DNA from: an uncultured bacterium
Lineage (GTDB): Bacteria > Cyanobacteriota > Cyanobacteriia > Cyanobacteriales > JASJDA01
Reading direction: 5' to 3'
Assembly: GCA_964458305.1 (NCBI GenBank)
Contig: CAYWIH010000002.1
Location: 32,599 to 96,598, forward strand
DNA length: 64,000 nt
Under the pieces are notes generated by a model that was not told the DNA's origin, searched no databases, and saw only the letters and a list, made by a program, of their open reading frames with translations. Position 1 is the stretch's first letter, and each line of letters begins with the position of its first letter. Below are positions 1-9,425 of this stretch, in pieces. Position numbers and translations under genes: made by a program.

Positions 1-1
1 T

Positions 2-1216
2 TTCAGACAATAATTTTTTGATAATTTTTAAAAGTAAATTAGAATCTAGTGGTTTAGAAATATTTGCGCGGACGTTTTTTGATAATTTAGCTCGGATACG
101 GTCTACAATATTATCCGTTAGCAAAATGACCGGAGTATTTTTTAAACGATCGACTCGCTCTAATTGAGATAAGATTTCGTAACCGCTTACAATTGACATA
201 TTTGCAGCCAATAAAATAGCATCTGGCTGATAGGAAATTAATCTAGGAACAGCTTGCCAACTATCTTCAATGCTAATAAAACGGTTGCCAGTTTTTTTAA
301 CTATATTACCTAGAAATTGACATTTTCCTGGATCGTTATCGATCGCGACAATTAAAGCAGATTGGCAATTATTATTAAAATTTAACGAAGTATTGCGATC
401 GCTATCGGCTTGAGGAGATTTAATTTCTTGGGGATATATTTTTGCAGCTCGATCTTCAAATTCTGATAATTGTTCCGGTTCGATAAACTGCAGTATGCCT
501 TTATTAACGTAAGTAATTAAAGAACTAGCTAATTCTATTAAATTATCTCCAGTTAAAAAAGCTAGATCTAGCAGACTATTTTTGCCATCTAATAAATTAA
601 CTAATTCTGGAGAAATAATATTAGAGAAATTTAATTCTGAATTAGCTATAGTCACTACTAAATGGGGCGACCAAAATCCCAAACCTTTTTCTACCCATCT
701 AGCCCAAACTAGCTTACTTTTTTTAAATGCTTCTTCTGGATGAATTAGAGCTAAGGGTTTAGCTGACATATAACTAATTTTAGCAGAACTATAACAATTA
801 GAATCGATGCTGTATTCTAGGGAATGGTAAGTTTCTTGTTGTAAGAGATCGAATAAAATTTCTTCTACTTTAGTTTGGATTAATTCTTTAACCTGCTGCA
901 GTTCGATCGTGTTTTTTTCTAAATAATCTGCTAAGATTAGATAGCGATCGCAACCGGAATGATTTTCTTTTAAAATCGCAAGAGATTCTCGATCTAATTG
1001 AGGAAAATAATGTTTTAGATGTCTGTGCCAAGATTGAAGAGCTGCTCGGCCACCATCAACCCAGAACAATCTTCCCAAACAAAAATATAATCGCCAAATA
1101 ATATTGCGCGGGGAAGTTATTTTTAATTCGCCGTTAAATTGTTTTTCCTTTAAATAAGATAGTTGTTGAGATAGTTTAAGATTTGTTAAATTGATAGTAC
1201 TAGTAGAAGAGCGCAT
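2..1216 (-). CDS. PatA/PixG-type response regulator (PATAN-like N-terminal domain + C-terminal receiver); 3' end runs off the left window edge
   Basis: Absent from the supplied ORF track because it reaches the edge. Manual minus-strand translation from ATG 1216-1214 gives MRSSTSTINLTNLKLSQQLSYLKEKQFNGELKITSPRNIIWRLYFCLGRLFWVDGG... The C-terminal receiver reads ALIVAIDNDPGK...QPDAILLAANMSIVSGYEIL...PVILLTD...ISKPLD. The frame is open to position 2. Confidence 0.65.
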   Translation of the reverse strand, partial: MRSSTSTINLTNLKLSQQLSYLKEKQFNGELKITSPRNIIWRLYFCLGRLFWVDGGRAALQSWHRHLKHYFPQLDRESLAILKENHSGCDRYLILADYLEKNTIELQQVKELIQTKVEEILFDLLQQETYHSLEYSIDSNCYSSAKISYMSAKPLALIHPEEAFKKSKLVWARWVEKGLGFWSPHLVVTIANSELNFSNIISPELVNLLDGKNSLLDLAFLTGDNLIELASSLITYVNKGILQFIEPEQLSEFEDRAAKIYPQEIKSPQADSDRNTSLNFNNNCQSALIVAIDNDPGKCQFLGNIVKKTGNRFISIEDSWQAVPRLISYQPDAILLAANMSIVSGYEILSQLERVDRLKNTPVILLTDNIVDRIRAKLSKNVRANISKPLDSNLLLKIIKKLLSE

Positions 1217-1394
1217 CTAAAAATATATCCTGACTTTACTTGCCGATTTCAAAAGAAATATTTGAGGTAATTTCGATCTCAATATCTCTTAATTAAATTA
1301 TCGTAGCGAAAACAACAAAATTCATCGGCATATGTAAGTAACATACATTAGGCTGATTTACTTAATTTGTAATAAAAATTAAAATATAAGCCGA

Positions 1395-2066
1395 TTATTC
1401 TCGCAGAACGTAACCGACACCGCGTACAGTTTGAATCAAACGTTTTTCTTGTTTAGCTTCTAATTTGAGGCGTAAATAGCGAATGTAGACCTCAATAATA
1501 TTAGAATCCCCCATAAAATCGTATCCCCAAACCCGCTCTAAAATTTGGTCGCGAGTGAGAACTTGACGGGGATGGGACATTAAATATTCGAGCAAATCGA
1601 ACTCTTTAGCAGTAAACTCGATCGAGCGATCGCCGCGATTTACTTGACGAGTATTGCGATTGAGACGCAGATCGGCAAATTCGAGAACCTCAGAAAGATC
1701 CGAACTATTACTACGCAAACGAGCGCGAATTCTGGCCAGCAACTCCTCAATACTAAAAGGTTTAATCAAATAATCGTCAGCACCAGCATCCAAACCAGCA
1801 ACGCGATCGCTAACTTCATCCTTAGCAGTCAACAAAATAATCGGCACTTTCGAACCAGTTTGACGCAAACGCTTGCAAATTTCGGGCCCCGAAATACCAG
1901 GTAACATCCAATCGAGCAAAATCAGATCGAAATCCGATTCTCGAGCCGCAGTCAAACCGCTAAAACCATCGTTAGCGACTATTACCTCGTAACCTTCATA
2001 TTGAAGCTCTAATTCGATAAATCGAGCTAATTTCGTTTCGTCTTCAACAACTAAAATACGGGACAT
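1395..2066 (-). CDS. OmpR-family two-component response regulator (receiver + winged-helix)
   Basis: The internal ATG at 2066 gives MSRILVVEDE. Receiver motifs are FDLILLDWMLPGISG, ILLTAKD and KPF. The winged-helix tail reads LTAKEFDLLEYL...VRGVGYVL. The 41 extra N-terminal codons in the track ORF overlap the upstream gene and were dropped. Confidence 0.9.
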   Translation of the reverse strand: MSRILVVEDETKLARFIELELQYEGYEVIVANDGFSGLTAARESDFDLILLDWMLPGISGPEICKRLRQTGSKVPIILLTAKDEVSDRVAGLDAGADDYLIKPFSIEELLARIRARLRSNSSDLSEVLEFADLRLNRNTRQVNRGDRSIEFTAKEFDLLEYLMSHPRQVLTRDQILERVWGYDFMGDSNIIEVYIRYLRLKLEAKQEKRLIQTVRGVGYVLRE

Positions 2067-2092
2067 TTTTCCATATAATACGATACGAGAGT

Positions 2093-3160
2093 TTATTTTT
2101 GTTTGGGGACTCGAGGCGATCGGGGCTGCTTCGGAAAAGGACTGAGAACGCGATTGAGAGAGCGTAATTGTTCGGCCGTACCCATACAAATAAGCAAATC
2201 TTTCGGCATCAAACGAGTTTCTCCAGTCGGCCCGGCCACCAGAGTGCCATCGCTGCGGCGAATAGCCAAAACCAGCGCGCCAGACTGCGATCGCAACCTA
2301 GCCTCTCTAAGAGTTTGGCCGACGCAGGTACAAATATCGGGATCGAGCATATATTCTTCCATATAAAAAGAGCGATCCGCACCACTGAGAATACCATCAA
2401 CAAAATCCATAACCAGAGGTCTCAGGGCTGCAGCTGCCAAACGCCTCCCGCCAGTAATATAAGGAGATATTACCGCATCCGCGCCAGCTCTTTGTAACTT
2501 TTGGACAGCTTCTTCAGAAGAAGCCCGAGCGATCGCCCGCAGATCTCGATTGAGGGTTTTAGCAGAGAGTATAGTATAGAGATTTTCCGCATCCGAACCC
2601 AAAGCAGCCACCAAACAAACAGCTTTATCGATTTGAACCGCTAAGAGAGTTTCATCGAGAGTAGCATCCCCTTGAAAAGCAACATAACCCATTTGTTTGG
2701 CTGCTTCGACTTGTTGAAGGTTGGCATCGACAATAGCAAAAGGAATCTTTTCCGATTGAAATTCGGTAGCTACTTGACGGCCCATGCGCCCGAATCCACA
2801 GACAATATAATGTTGTTCTAGGCTTTCTATCATTTGTTTCTCCTGTCGCCGTCGAATTCTTTGCTGAAAGTATCCTTCAATAATTGCCTCGGTAAAGCGA
2901 TTGACGATATAACCGATAGTGATTACTCCCATCAAGATTAAAACAATAGTAAAGAGACGGGATTCTTCCTTGAGAGGATAAATTTCCCCATACCCTACCG
3001 TAGATAGGGTAATAATCGTCATGTAAGCCGAATCCAACCAAGTCCAGCCCTCAACTAGTTTGTACCAAACAGTACCGAGGAGAACAACCCCACCCAATAC
3101 GAAAGCACCTCTAATGAGTTGTTGTCGCAGCCGCCGCTCTTTTTCTTCAATGGTGTACAA
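2093..3160 (-). CDS. Two-TM potassium channel with cytoplasmic RCK (TrkA-N/TrkA-C) domains
   Basis: Selectivity filter TLSTVGYGE between hydrophobic helices. Rossmann motif IVCGFGRMGRQVA. TrkA-C-like C-terminus. The start is a TTG at 3160, so the exact start is uncertain. Confidence 0.85.
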   Translation of the reverse strand: MYTIEEKERRLRQQLIRGAFVLGGVVLLGTVWYKLVEGWTWLDSAYMTIITLSTVGYGEIYPLKEESRLFTIVLILMGVITIGYIVNRFTEAIIEGYFQQRIRRRQEKQMIESLEQHYIVCGFGRMGRQVATEFQSEKIPFAIVDANLQQVEAAKQMGYVAFQGDATLDETLLAVQIDKAVCLVAALGSDAENLYTILSAKTLNRDLRAIARASSEEAVQKLQRAGADAVISPYITGGRRLAAAALRPLVMDFVDGILSGADRSFYMEEYMLDPDICTCVGQTLREARLRSQSGALVLAIRRSDGTLVAGPTGETRLMPKDLLICMGTAEQLRSLNRVLSPFPKQPRSPRVPKQK

Positions 3161-3301
3161 AACAGTTTCACTAAATTTAAATTACTCTGAGCTACCAAAA
3201 AATATTGTTTAAATCCGATCGAACCGGAATTTGACTAAAATTGTGATTAACATTTCCCTTAGAAATCTATTAGCAATCAATTTTTTTTAGGAGTCAACTA
3301 A

Positions 3302-4582
3302 ATGGCGAGCGAGCAAACTCTGGTTGAAAATTCTGGCCCTCCTTCAGCATTTTCCTCCTCGATCGGTTTCGACCAAGATAATTTTAATGCCTACGTGACG
3401 AACACTTACGGCCGCTTTCCTATTGCTATAGAAAAAGGGGAAGGTTGTACCGTAACAGACACTCAAGGTAAAGAGTATCTCGATTTTGTAGCCGGAATCG
3501 CTACTTGTACTTTGGGACACGCCCATCCCGCTTTAATTGAAACGATAACGCAACAAATTCAGAAATTACATCACGTTTCCAATTTTTATTACATCCCTTC
3601 TCAAGGAGAGTTAGCACGTTGGATCGTAAACAATTCTTGTGCCGATAAAGTATTTTTCTGTAATTCTGGTGCGGAAGCCAACGAAGCGGCCATTAAATTG
3701 GCTCGTTTGTACGGCCATCAAGTCCTAGAAATAGACGAGCCGGTTATTTTAACCGCAAAAGCCAGCTTTCACGGTCGGACTTTAGCAACTATTACCGCTA
3801 CCGGACAGCCTAAATATCATAAAGGTTTCGAGCCTTTAGTGCGAGGTTTTGAATACGTTCCCTATAACGATCTGATTGCGATCGAAGATGCGATCGGCGA
3901 TATCGATGAAGGTTCTTATCGTCGGGTAGCAGCAATTATGTTAGAACCCTTACAAGGCGAGGGTGGGATTCGTCCGGGAGATTTGGACTATTTCTTGCGC
4001 TTGCGGAAAATTTGCGACGAAACGGGCATCCTGCTAATTTTAGATGAAGTACAAGTGGGAATGGGTCGCACTGGCAAGTTGTGGGGCTACGAAAATTTGG
4101 GCATCGAACCCGATATCTTTACTGCGGCTAAAGGTTTGGCCGGAGGCATTCCGATCGGGGCGATGATGAATAAGAAATTTTGCGATCTCTTCCAACCAGG
4201 AAATCATGCCAGTACTTTTGGCGGTAACCCCCTTTCTACTGCTGCTGGTTTGTGCGTGGCTCGGGTTTTAGAGCAAGATAACCTTTTAAATAATGTTATC
4301 GCCAGAGGAGAACAATTACGCACTAGATTGCGGGCGATCGCGGCATCTCATCCCGATTTGTTTGTCGAGGTTCGCGGTTGGGGTTTAATTAATGGTATGG
4401 AACTAAATCCAGATGTCGAAATAAGTTCGATCGATATCGTTAAAGCTGCTCTCGATGAAGGGTTATTAATTGCTCCTGCGGGCCCGAAAGTGCTGCGTTT
4501 CGTTCCTCCTTTAATCGTTTCTGAAGCCGAAATCGATCGGGGGATTTCGATGTTAGAAAAAGCAATTGCTAATGCGCGCTAA
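3302..4582 (+). CDS. argD: Acetylornithine aminotransferase (class III PLP aminotransferase)
   Basis: 426 aa. Motifs GHAHPALIETITQQIQKLHHVSNFYY, LILDEVQVGMGRTGKLW and FTAAKGLAGG (PLP lysine context), typical of ArgD. Confidence 0.85.
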   Translation: MASEQTLVENSGPPSAFSSSIGFDQDNFNAYVTNTYGRFPIAIEKGEGCTVTDTQGKEYLDFVAGIATCTLGHAHPALIETITQQIQKLHHVSNFYYIPSQGELARWIVNNSCADKVFFCNSGAEANEAAIKLARLYGHQVLEIDEPVILTAKASFHGRTLATITATGQPKYHKGFEPLVRGFEYVPYNDLIAIEDAIGDIDEGSYRRVAAIMLEPLQGEGGIRPGDLDYFLRLRKICDETGILLILDEVQVGMGRTGKLWGYENLGIEPDIFTAAKGLAGGIPIGAMMNKKFCDLFQPGNHASTFGGNPLSTAAGLCVARVLEQDNLLNNVIARGEQLRTRLRAIAASHPDLFVEVRGWGLINGMELNPDVEISSIDIVKAALDEGLLIAPAGPKVLRFVPPLIVSEAEIDRGISMLEKAIANAR

Positions 4583-4677
4583 ATTCTCAAGCCTCGATCG
4601 GCTTTGTTTGAGTTTATCGGGCAAATTCTAACTAGGTTGCCTGCAGATTTAAGGGGTTATTGTATAGTTTAATTTTT

Positions 4678-5814
4678 ATGGCAGATCGACAACATCTTTA
4701 CTTACTCAAGCAAAATTTGCATATTTGGAATGAGTGGAGAAAAAACAATCCTGAAATTGAGATCGATTTAATTGAAGCCGATCTCAGCGAAATCGATCTC
4801 ACTGGTGCCGATCTGTCTAATGTGGATTTGTCTGGGGCTAAATTAATTAGTGCGGATCTCTCGCGAGTTAATTTGAGCGGTGCTTATCTTTCTGCTGCTA
4901 ATTTGAGCTTTGCTAAGTTAAACCGAGCTAATTTTAGTTTTACTTATCTTGGCAGTTGCGATCTCAGTTTTGCCACTCTCGATCGAGCTAATTTGAGCGG
5001 TGCTTATCTTGCTGCTGCTAATTTGAGTTTTGCCGATCTCAGTAATGCCAATCTTAGTTTTGCTAATCTCACTGAGGCTGATTTTAGCGAAAGCGATGCG
5101 AAATTTTCTCAATTTAGTTTTGCTGACTCGAGCGGGGTCAATTTTTATAAGGCTAATTTATCGAACACCGATTTTAAACAAGCCAATCTTAGCGATGCTA
5201 ATCTCACTGAAGCCAATCTTACCAATGCTAATCTCACCGAAGCCAATCTCAGCAAGACCAATTTGAGCTACGCGATCGCTTATTTTACGAATTTTAAAGC
5301 CGCTACTTTTAATGGTGCTACTGTCGAAAGTTGGAAAATTAACAGTTACACTCGATTCGAGCGAGTTATTTGCGATCGCGTTTATTTGCAGTCGTCTCGA
5401 GCCGAACAAAATTTGAGCGATGAAGTTTTAAAGATCGATTTCGCCCCCGGTGAATTTACCCGTCTGTTTCAAAAAACTCGAGAATCAATTGAATTGGTTT
5501 TTGCTGAAGGTATCGACTGGCCTTGCTTTTTATCTGTGTTTAAAACACTTTTGTTAGAGTGGAGTTCTTCGGAATTATCGATTAAAGCGATCGAATCTGA
5601 ATTTTCTGGGGCTTTCGCGATCGCTGTTGAGGGCCACTTTACCACCGAGAAAGCAAAAATTATCGAGAGTTTTTGGCTTAAGTACAATACACTTCTTGCC
5701 GATCGCCTTACCCCAGATCTCAATTTTGACCCCAAACAAGTTAATGGCGATCGCTTGTTACAAATTATTGAAATCATTGTCGATCGTTTCGAGGAAATCG
5801 AATCTACTGAATAA
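4678..5814 (+). CDS. Pentapeptide-repeat protein with a non-repeat C-terminal domain
   Basis: About 200 aa of A(D/N)LSx pentads (ADLSGAKLISADLSRVNLSGAYLSAANLSFAKL...). The ATG at 4678 (MADRQHLY) is preferred over the TTG at 4660. Confidence 0.85.
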   Translation: MADRQHLYLLKQNLHIWNEWRKNNPEIEIDLIEADLSEIDLTGADLSNVDLSGAKLISADLSRVNLSGAYLSAANLSFAKLNRANFSFTYLGSCDLSFATLDRANLSGAYLAAANLSFADLSNANLSFANLTEADFSESDAKFSQFSFADSSGVNFYKANLSNTDFKQANLSDANLTEANLTNANLTEANLSKTNLSYAIAYFTNFKAATFNGATVESWKINSYTRFERVICDRVYLQSSRAEQNLSDEVLKIDFAPGEFTRLFQKTRESIELVFAEGIDWPCFLSVFKTLLLEWSSSELSIKAIESEFSGAFAIAVEGHFTTEKAKIIESFWLKYNTLLADRLTPDLNFDPKQVNGDRLLQIIEIIVDRFEEIESTE

Positions 5815-6552
5815 TTTTATTTTTTAAGATTTTGTCGCGCTCCTCAGCTTTTATGCAAAGTTTTAATAATATTTTTTTTTCTTTGTAAATTTTAGAAACT
5901 ATAACAATTTCTTAATTTTTTTGGGGATATTTATGACAATAGTCTAACTATCCCAAAATTTATTGCATATTTTTTTTTAAGTGTATATACTGAAGACAGA
6001 AAATAACCAAAAATTACTTATTTTGGTTAAGGAGAAAGAGCTAAATAGTCAGTATAGTTTTAGGTTTCGTATCGATCGCCTAATCAAGTTTTCTCGATCG
6101 ATACGAAATAATAATAAATTGTTTCCAACTGAATAATTACCGGTACAGATCGAGATCGGCAAAGATTTTCAAAGTAAAATTATTTGTCTGTTTTTGAGAA
6201 TCATAATTTTTCTGAAAAAGCCCTTTGTTTGTGAGATTAGAATATTCTCAAAAAAACTAATTTAAAAGATTAGCTATGTAATCAAGAATAAAAACTAATT
6301 TAAAGATTTTCTTGGGAGAAGATTTTTAAGATTTAAAATAATAGTCTACTACAAACGGACGAAATTAAAATGTATTAAAAAAAACATTGTCAAAAAAGTT
6401 TAAAAGCAGGTATTTTTTGAAATAGAAAGGCTCTCTCTAAAAGAGTAGAAACGATCGATGTTATCGATTAATTAAAAAAAAAGCCTTATTATAAATAATG
6501 AGAAAAAATGAATTAAGCTGATAAAATAAGGAGTGGTTAAGAGGAGTAAAAA

Positions 6553-7716
6553 ATGAAAAATAAAATCCTATTTTTAGGTATTAGAGGTATTCCAGCTAAG
6601 CATGGTGGCTTTGAGACTTTTGCACAACGTTTGGCTCTTTACTTAGTAGATAGAGGCTGGGATGTAACAGTGTACTGTCAAATACAAGGAGAGCAAAAAA
6701 TTGTCGAAAAAAAATGGATGGGAATCAATTTAATTTGCATACCAGTAAAGAACGATAACGCCTTAGCTTCGATCGTATTTGATTATAAAGCTACTCTAGA
6801 TTCTTTAAAAAGAGAAGGGCAGATCATGTTATTTGGATATAACACTGCAATATTTTCTTTGCTGCACCGCTTGAAGAAGAGAATAAGTATTATTAATATG
6901 GACGGATTGGAATGGCGCAGACAGAAATGGGGCAATCTAGAGAAAGCATGGTTGTATGCAAACGAACACTTTGGAGCTTGGTTTAACCGCCACTTAATTG
7001 CAGATCATCCAGAAATTAAAAACTATTTACGTCAGTACATTAAGCCCGAAAAAATTACTGTCATTCCTTACGGAAGCGATCCGGTTATTGATGCGGATGC
7101 GAGCTTATTAAACCGATATAATTTATCTGGAGGCGAATACGCATTAGTGATAGCCAGAGCCGAACCCGAGAACTCAATTTTAGAAATTGTGGCGGGTTTT
7201 TCGAGCAAGAAGAGAAATATGAAGCTGGTAGTATTAGGAAAGTACGATCGCGACAATAATTCTTATCAAAAGCAAGTCTTAGATGCAGCGAGCGAAGAAG
7301 TAGTTTTTCTCGGAGCAATTTACGACAAAGCAACAGTTCAAGCCCTAAGATTTTACGCCAGATTATACGTTCACGGACATACAGTCGGAGGAACAAATCC
7401 ATCTTTAGTAGAAGCTTTAGCGGCAGGTACGCCAATTTTAGCCCACGACAATCGCTTTAATCGTTGGGTAGCAGGAGATGGTGCGAGTTATTTTAAGGAC
7501 ACAGCAGAATGTGACGAGCAATTAGCTCTATTGTTAGACAATACTGACCTACTCAAAAAAATGAAACTGGCTAGTATCGATCGATACGTTGAAGAGTTTT
7601 CTGAAGATAAAGATTTAGCAGCTTACGAAGAATTATTTCTCTCCTATTTACCCGAAGAAAAAGCAGCTAATAACTGGGTGTTGATCGAGCAAAAATCATC
7701 GGCTGGAATACGTTAA
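6553..7716 (+). CDS. Glycosyltransferase, GT4-like with a DUF1972-type N-terminus
   Basis: N-terminus MKNKILFLGIRGIPAKHGGFETFAQRLALYLVDRGWDVTVYC. C-terminal GT-B motif HGHTVGGTNPSLVEALAAGTPILAHDNRFN. AGGAG-type RBS upstream. Confidence 0.8.
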   Translation: MKNKILFLGIRGIPAKHGGFETFAQRLALYLVDRGWDVTVYCQIQGEQKIVEKKWMGINLICIPVKNDNALASIVFDYKATLDSLKREGQIMLFGYNTAIFSLLHRLKKRISIINMDGLEWRRQKWGNLEKAWLYANEHFGAWFNRHLIADHPEIKNYLRQYIKPEKITVIPYGSDPVIDADASLLNRYNLSGGEYALVIARAEPENSILEIVAGFSSKKRNMKLVVLGKYDRDNNSYQKQVLDAASEEVVFLGAIYDKATVQALRFYARLYVHGHTVGGTNPSLVEALAAGTPILAHDNRFNRWVAGDGASYFKDTAECDEQLALLLDNTDLLKKMKLASIDRYVEEFSEDKDLAAYEELFLSYLPEEKAANNWVLIEQKSSAGIR

Positions 7717-7979
7717 AATTTGAGGGAACAATTTGAAGAAACTGTTATCGGTAATCTGTGTCCGAAAAAGATACCGATAATAGCATACTAAAAGAATTGT
7801 CTCTTCAAAAACAGATGAAAACGCAGCATTTTTGTAAATATCTATAACAACAATTAATTTTTTGAGAAAATACGCTTCAATCTAAAGTGAGATCGCCAAA
7901 GCGATTTTTAGTACTTAGTTTAGATAGCGACATCGAATCGCTACCAAAGAAAAAGCTAGAGAAATTTAATTAGGTATTT

Positions 7980-9413
7980 ATGACAAAATCCATCTATCCA
8001 AAAACGTCCTTACCAAAAAGCGATCGAGGGGCAAGAAACAATAAATTCAACTGGAACTTTTGGCTCAAAGCCGGAATCGGACTTAACGTAGCTGTCTGGG
8101 GGCTAGGTGGCTTTTTGCTAATGTGGATGGGATCGACTTACGTAAGTAGAGGAGCGGCGATCGTCTCTGCGGCCGGATCTCAAGTTAAAGTGCAAGTACC
8201 TGGAGTAGGACAAGCCTCAGACGCTGGAGATAATTCTCCCTACAGATATTTATTTGGAGTAGACCCGAGGGAAAATTATCAGTACATCGCTCAAAGCGAA
8301 GCGGTACTCTCAGAAGCAGCCAAGGCGATGAATATGTCATTAGAAGACTTCGGAGAACCAGAATTAACTTTGAGCAGAGGGACAACAGTAATCGAATTTG
8401 AACTAGAAGGAAATACGCCAGAAGAAGCTAGAGAAAAGGCCATGGCCTTCTATCGAGCATTCGTCGATCGGATTCAGTATTTAAGAGAAGAAGAACAACA
8501 ACGTCAAGAAAACAACACTCAAGAAGGTTTAGAAACAATTCGCGATCGCCTAGATGGGGCGCAAAAAAAACTAGCCGAGTTTCAGACTAACTCGCCGCTC
8601 AAAGTAAGCGATCAAATCGACCAACTCAGCGATCGACTCGAACAAATGCGGGTAGCTCAAGCAGAGTTAGTAGCAGAACAAAGAGCAGCTGAATCCCGTT
8701 TCAACCAACTAGCCGCCAGTATCGGTATCTCGCCGACTCAAGCAACAGAAGCTTTAAGATTGCTTGACGATGACGTTTTTCAAAAAAATTTGCAAATCTA
8801 CAGCAGCACTAGTGCTAACCTTCAAGTTATTTACTCTAAATTTACCCCACAAAGTCCCCATGCAATACAAGAAGAAAACAAAAAAAGACTAGCCGAGCAA
8901 GCTTTATTCGATCGCAGTCGTGCTTTATTAGGTAGAGCTATTGATGAAAGCATTATCAATCGTATTAGCTTAGGCAATAACCAAACTAAAAGTCAATTAA
9001 TCCAACAGGCGATCGGGGTTTTAGCAGAAGAACGAGCATTACAAGCTAGAGTTATCGGATTGCAAGAACAAATCAGCCGCTTAGAAAATCGACTCAATGT
9101 TTTGGTCGGCCAACGATATCATCACGATCGACTCACCAGAGACGCTCAAGTTGCCGAATCTATTTTTGTCTCTAAATTAGCTCAAATAGACGGTAACAAA
9201 GCTGAAAATGCTACTTCTTATCCCATACTGCAATTATTGATCGAACCAGATCTACCCGAAGATAGCGAGATCTCCACTAAAGTGACGATCGCGATCTCTG
9301 CATTAGGGATAACGTTTTTGACAGCAACAGGATTGATTCTATTTCGTCCGCAAGAAAACAGTAGCCTAACTCAACTGACGACTAAAACAGATTCAATTTC
9401 AACTGAAAAGTAA
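7980..9413 (+). CDS. Polysaccharide co-polymerase-like protein (Wzz/GumC/KpsE topology, no kinase domain)
   Basis: One N-terminal TM (WLKAGIGLNVAVWGLGGFLLMWMG) and one C-terminal TM (VTIAISALGITFLTATGLILF) flank a long coiled-coil-rich periplasmic region. No Walker motifs. Confidence 0.6.
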   Translation: MTKSIYPKTSLPKSDRGARNNKFNWNFWLKAGIGLNVAVWGLGGFLLMWMGSTYVSRGAAIVSAAGSQVKVQVPGVGQASDAGDNSPYRYLFGVDPRENYQYIAQSEAVLSEAAKAMNMSLEDFGEPELTLSRGTTVIEFELEGNTPEEAREKAMAFYRAFVDRIQYLREEEQQRQENNTQEGLETIRDRLDGAQKKLAEFQTNSPLKVSDQIDQLSDRLEQMRVAQAELVAEQRAAESRFNQLAASIGISPTQATEALRLLDDDVFQKNLQIYSSTSANLQVIYSKFTPQSPHAIQEENKKRLAEQALFDRSRALLGRAIDESIINRISLGNNQTKSQLIQQAIGVLAEERALQARVIGLQEQISRLENRLNVLVGQRYHHDRLTRDAQVAESIFVSKLAQIDGNKAENATSYPILQLLIEPDLPEDSEISTKVTIAISALGITFLTATGLILFRPQENSSLTQLTTKTDSISTEK

Positions 9414-9425
9414 TGAGGATTAAAA

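Noticed and set aside
2067-2189. N-terminal 41-codon extension of the response-regulator ORF (MYGYGRTITLSQ...)
   Set aside because: It overlaps the 3' end of the K+ channel gene. The canonical receiver N-terminus MSRILVVEDE begins at the internal ATG (2066).
1644-2497. Track ORFs 1644..1904(+), 2103..2366(+), 2168..2497(+) and 2209..2403(-)
   Set aside because: They lie entirely inside, and antisense to or out of frame with, the well-supported response regulator and K+ channel genes. They have low-complexity composition and no motifs, so they are shadow ORFs.
4780-5290. Apparent 15-bp-periodic DNA tandem repeat (also at 54200-54800)
   Set aside because: Fully explained by pentapeptide-repeat coding sequence. 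It is not a non-coding satellite.
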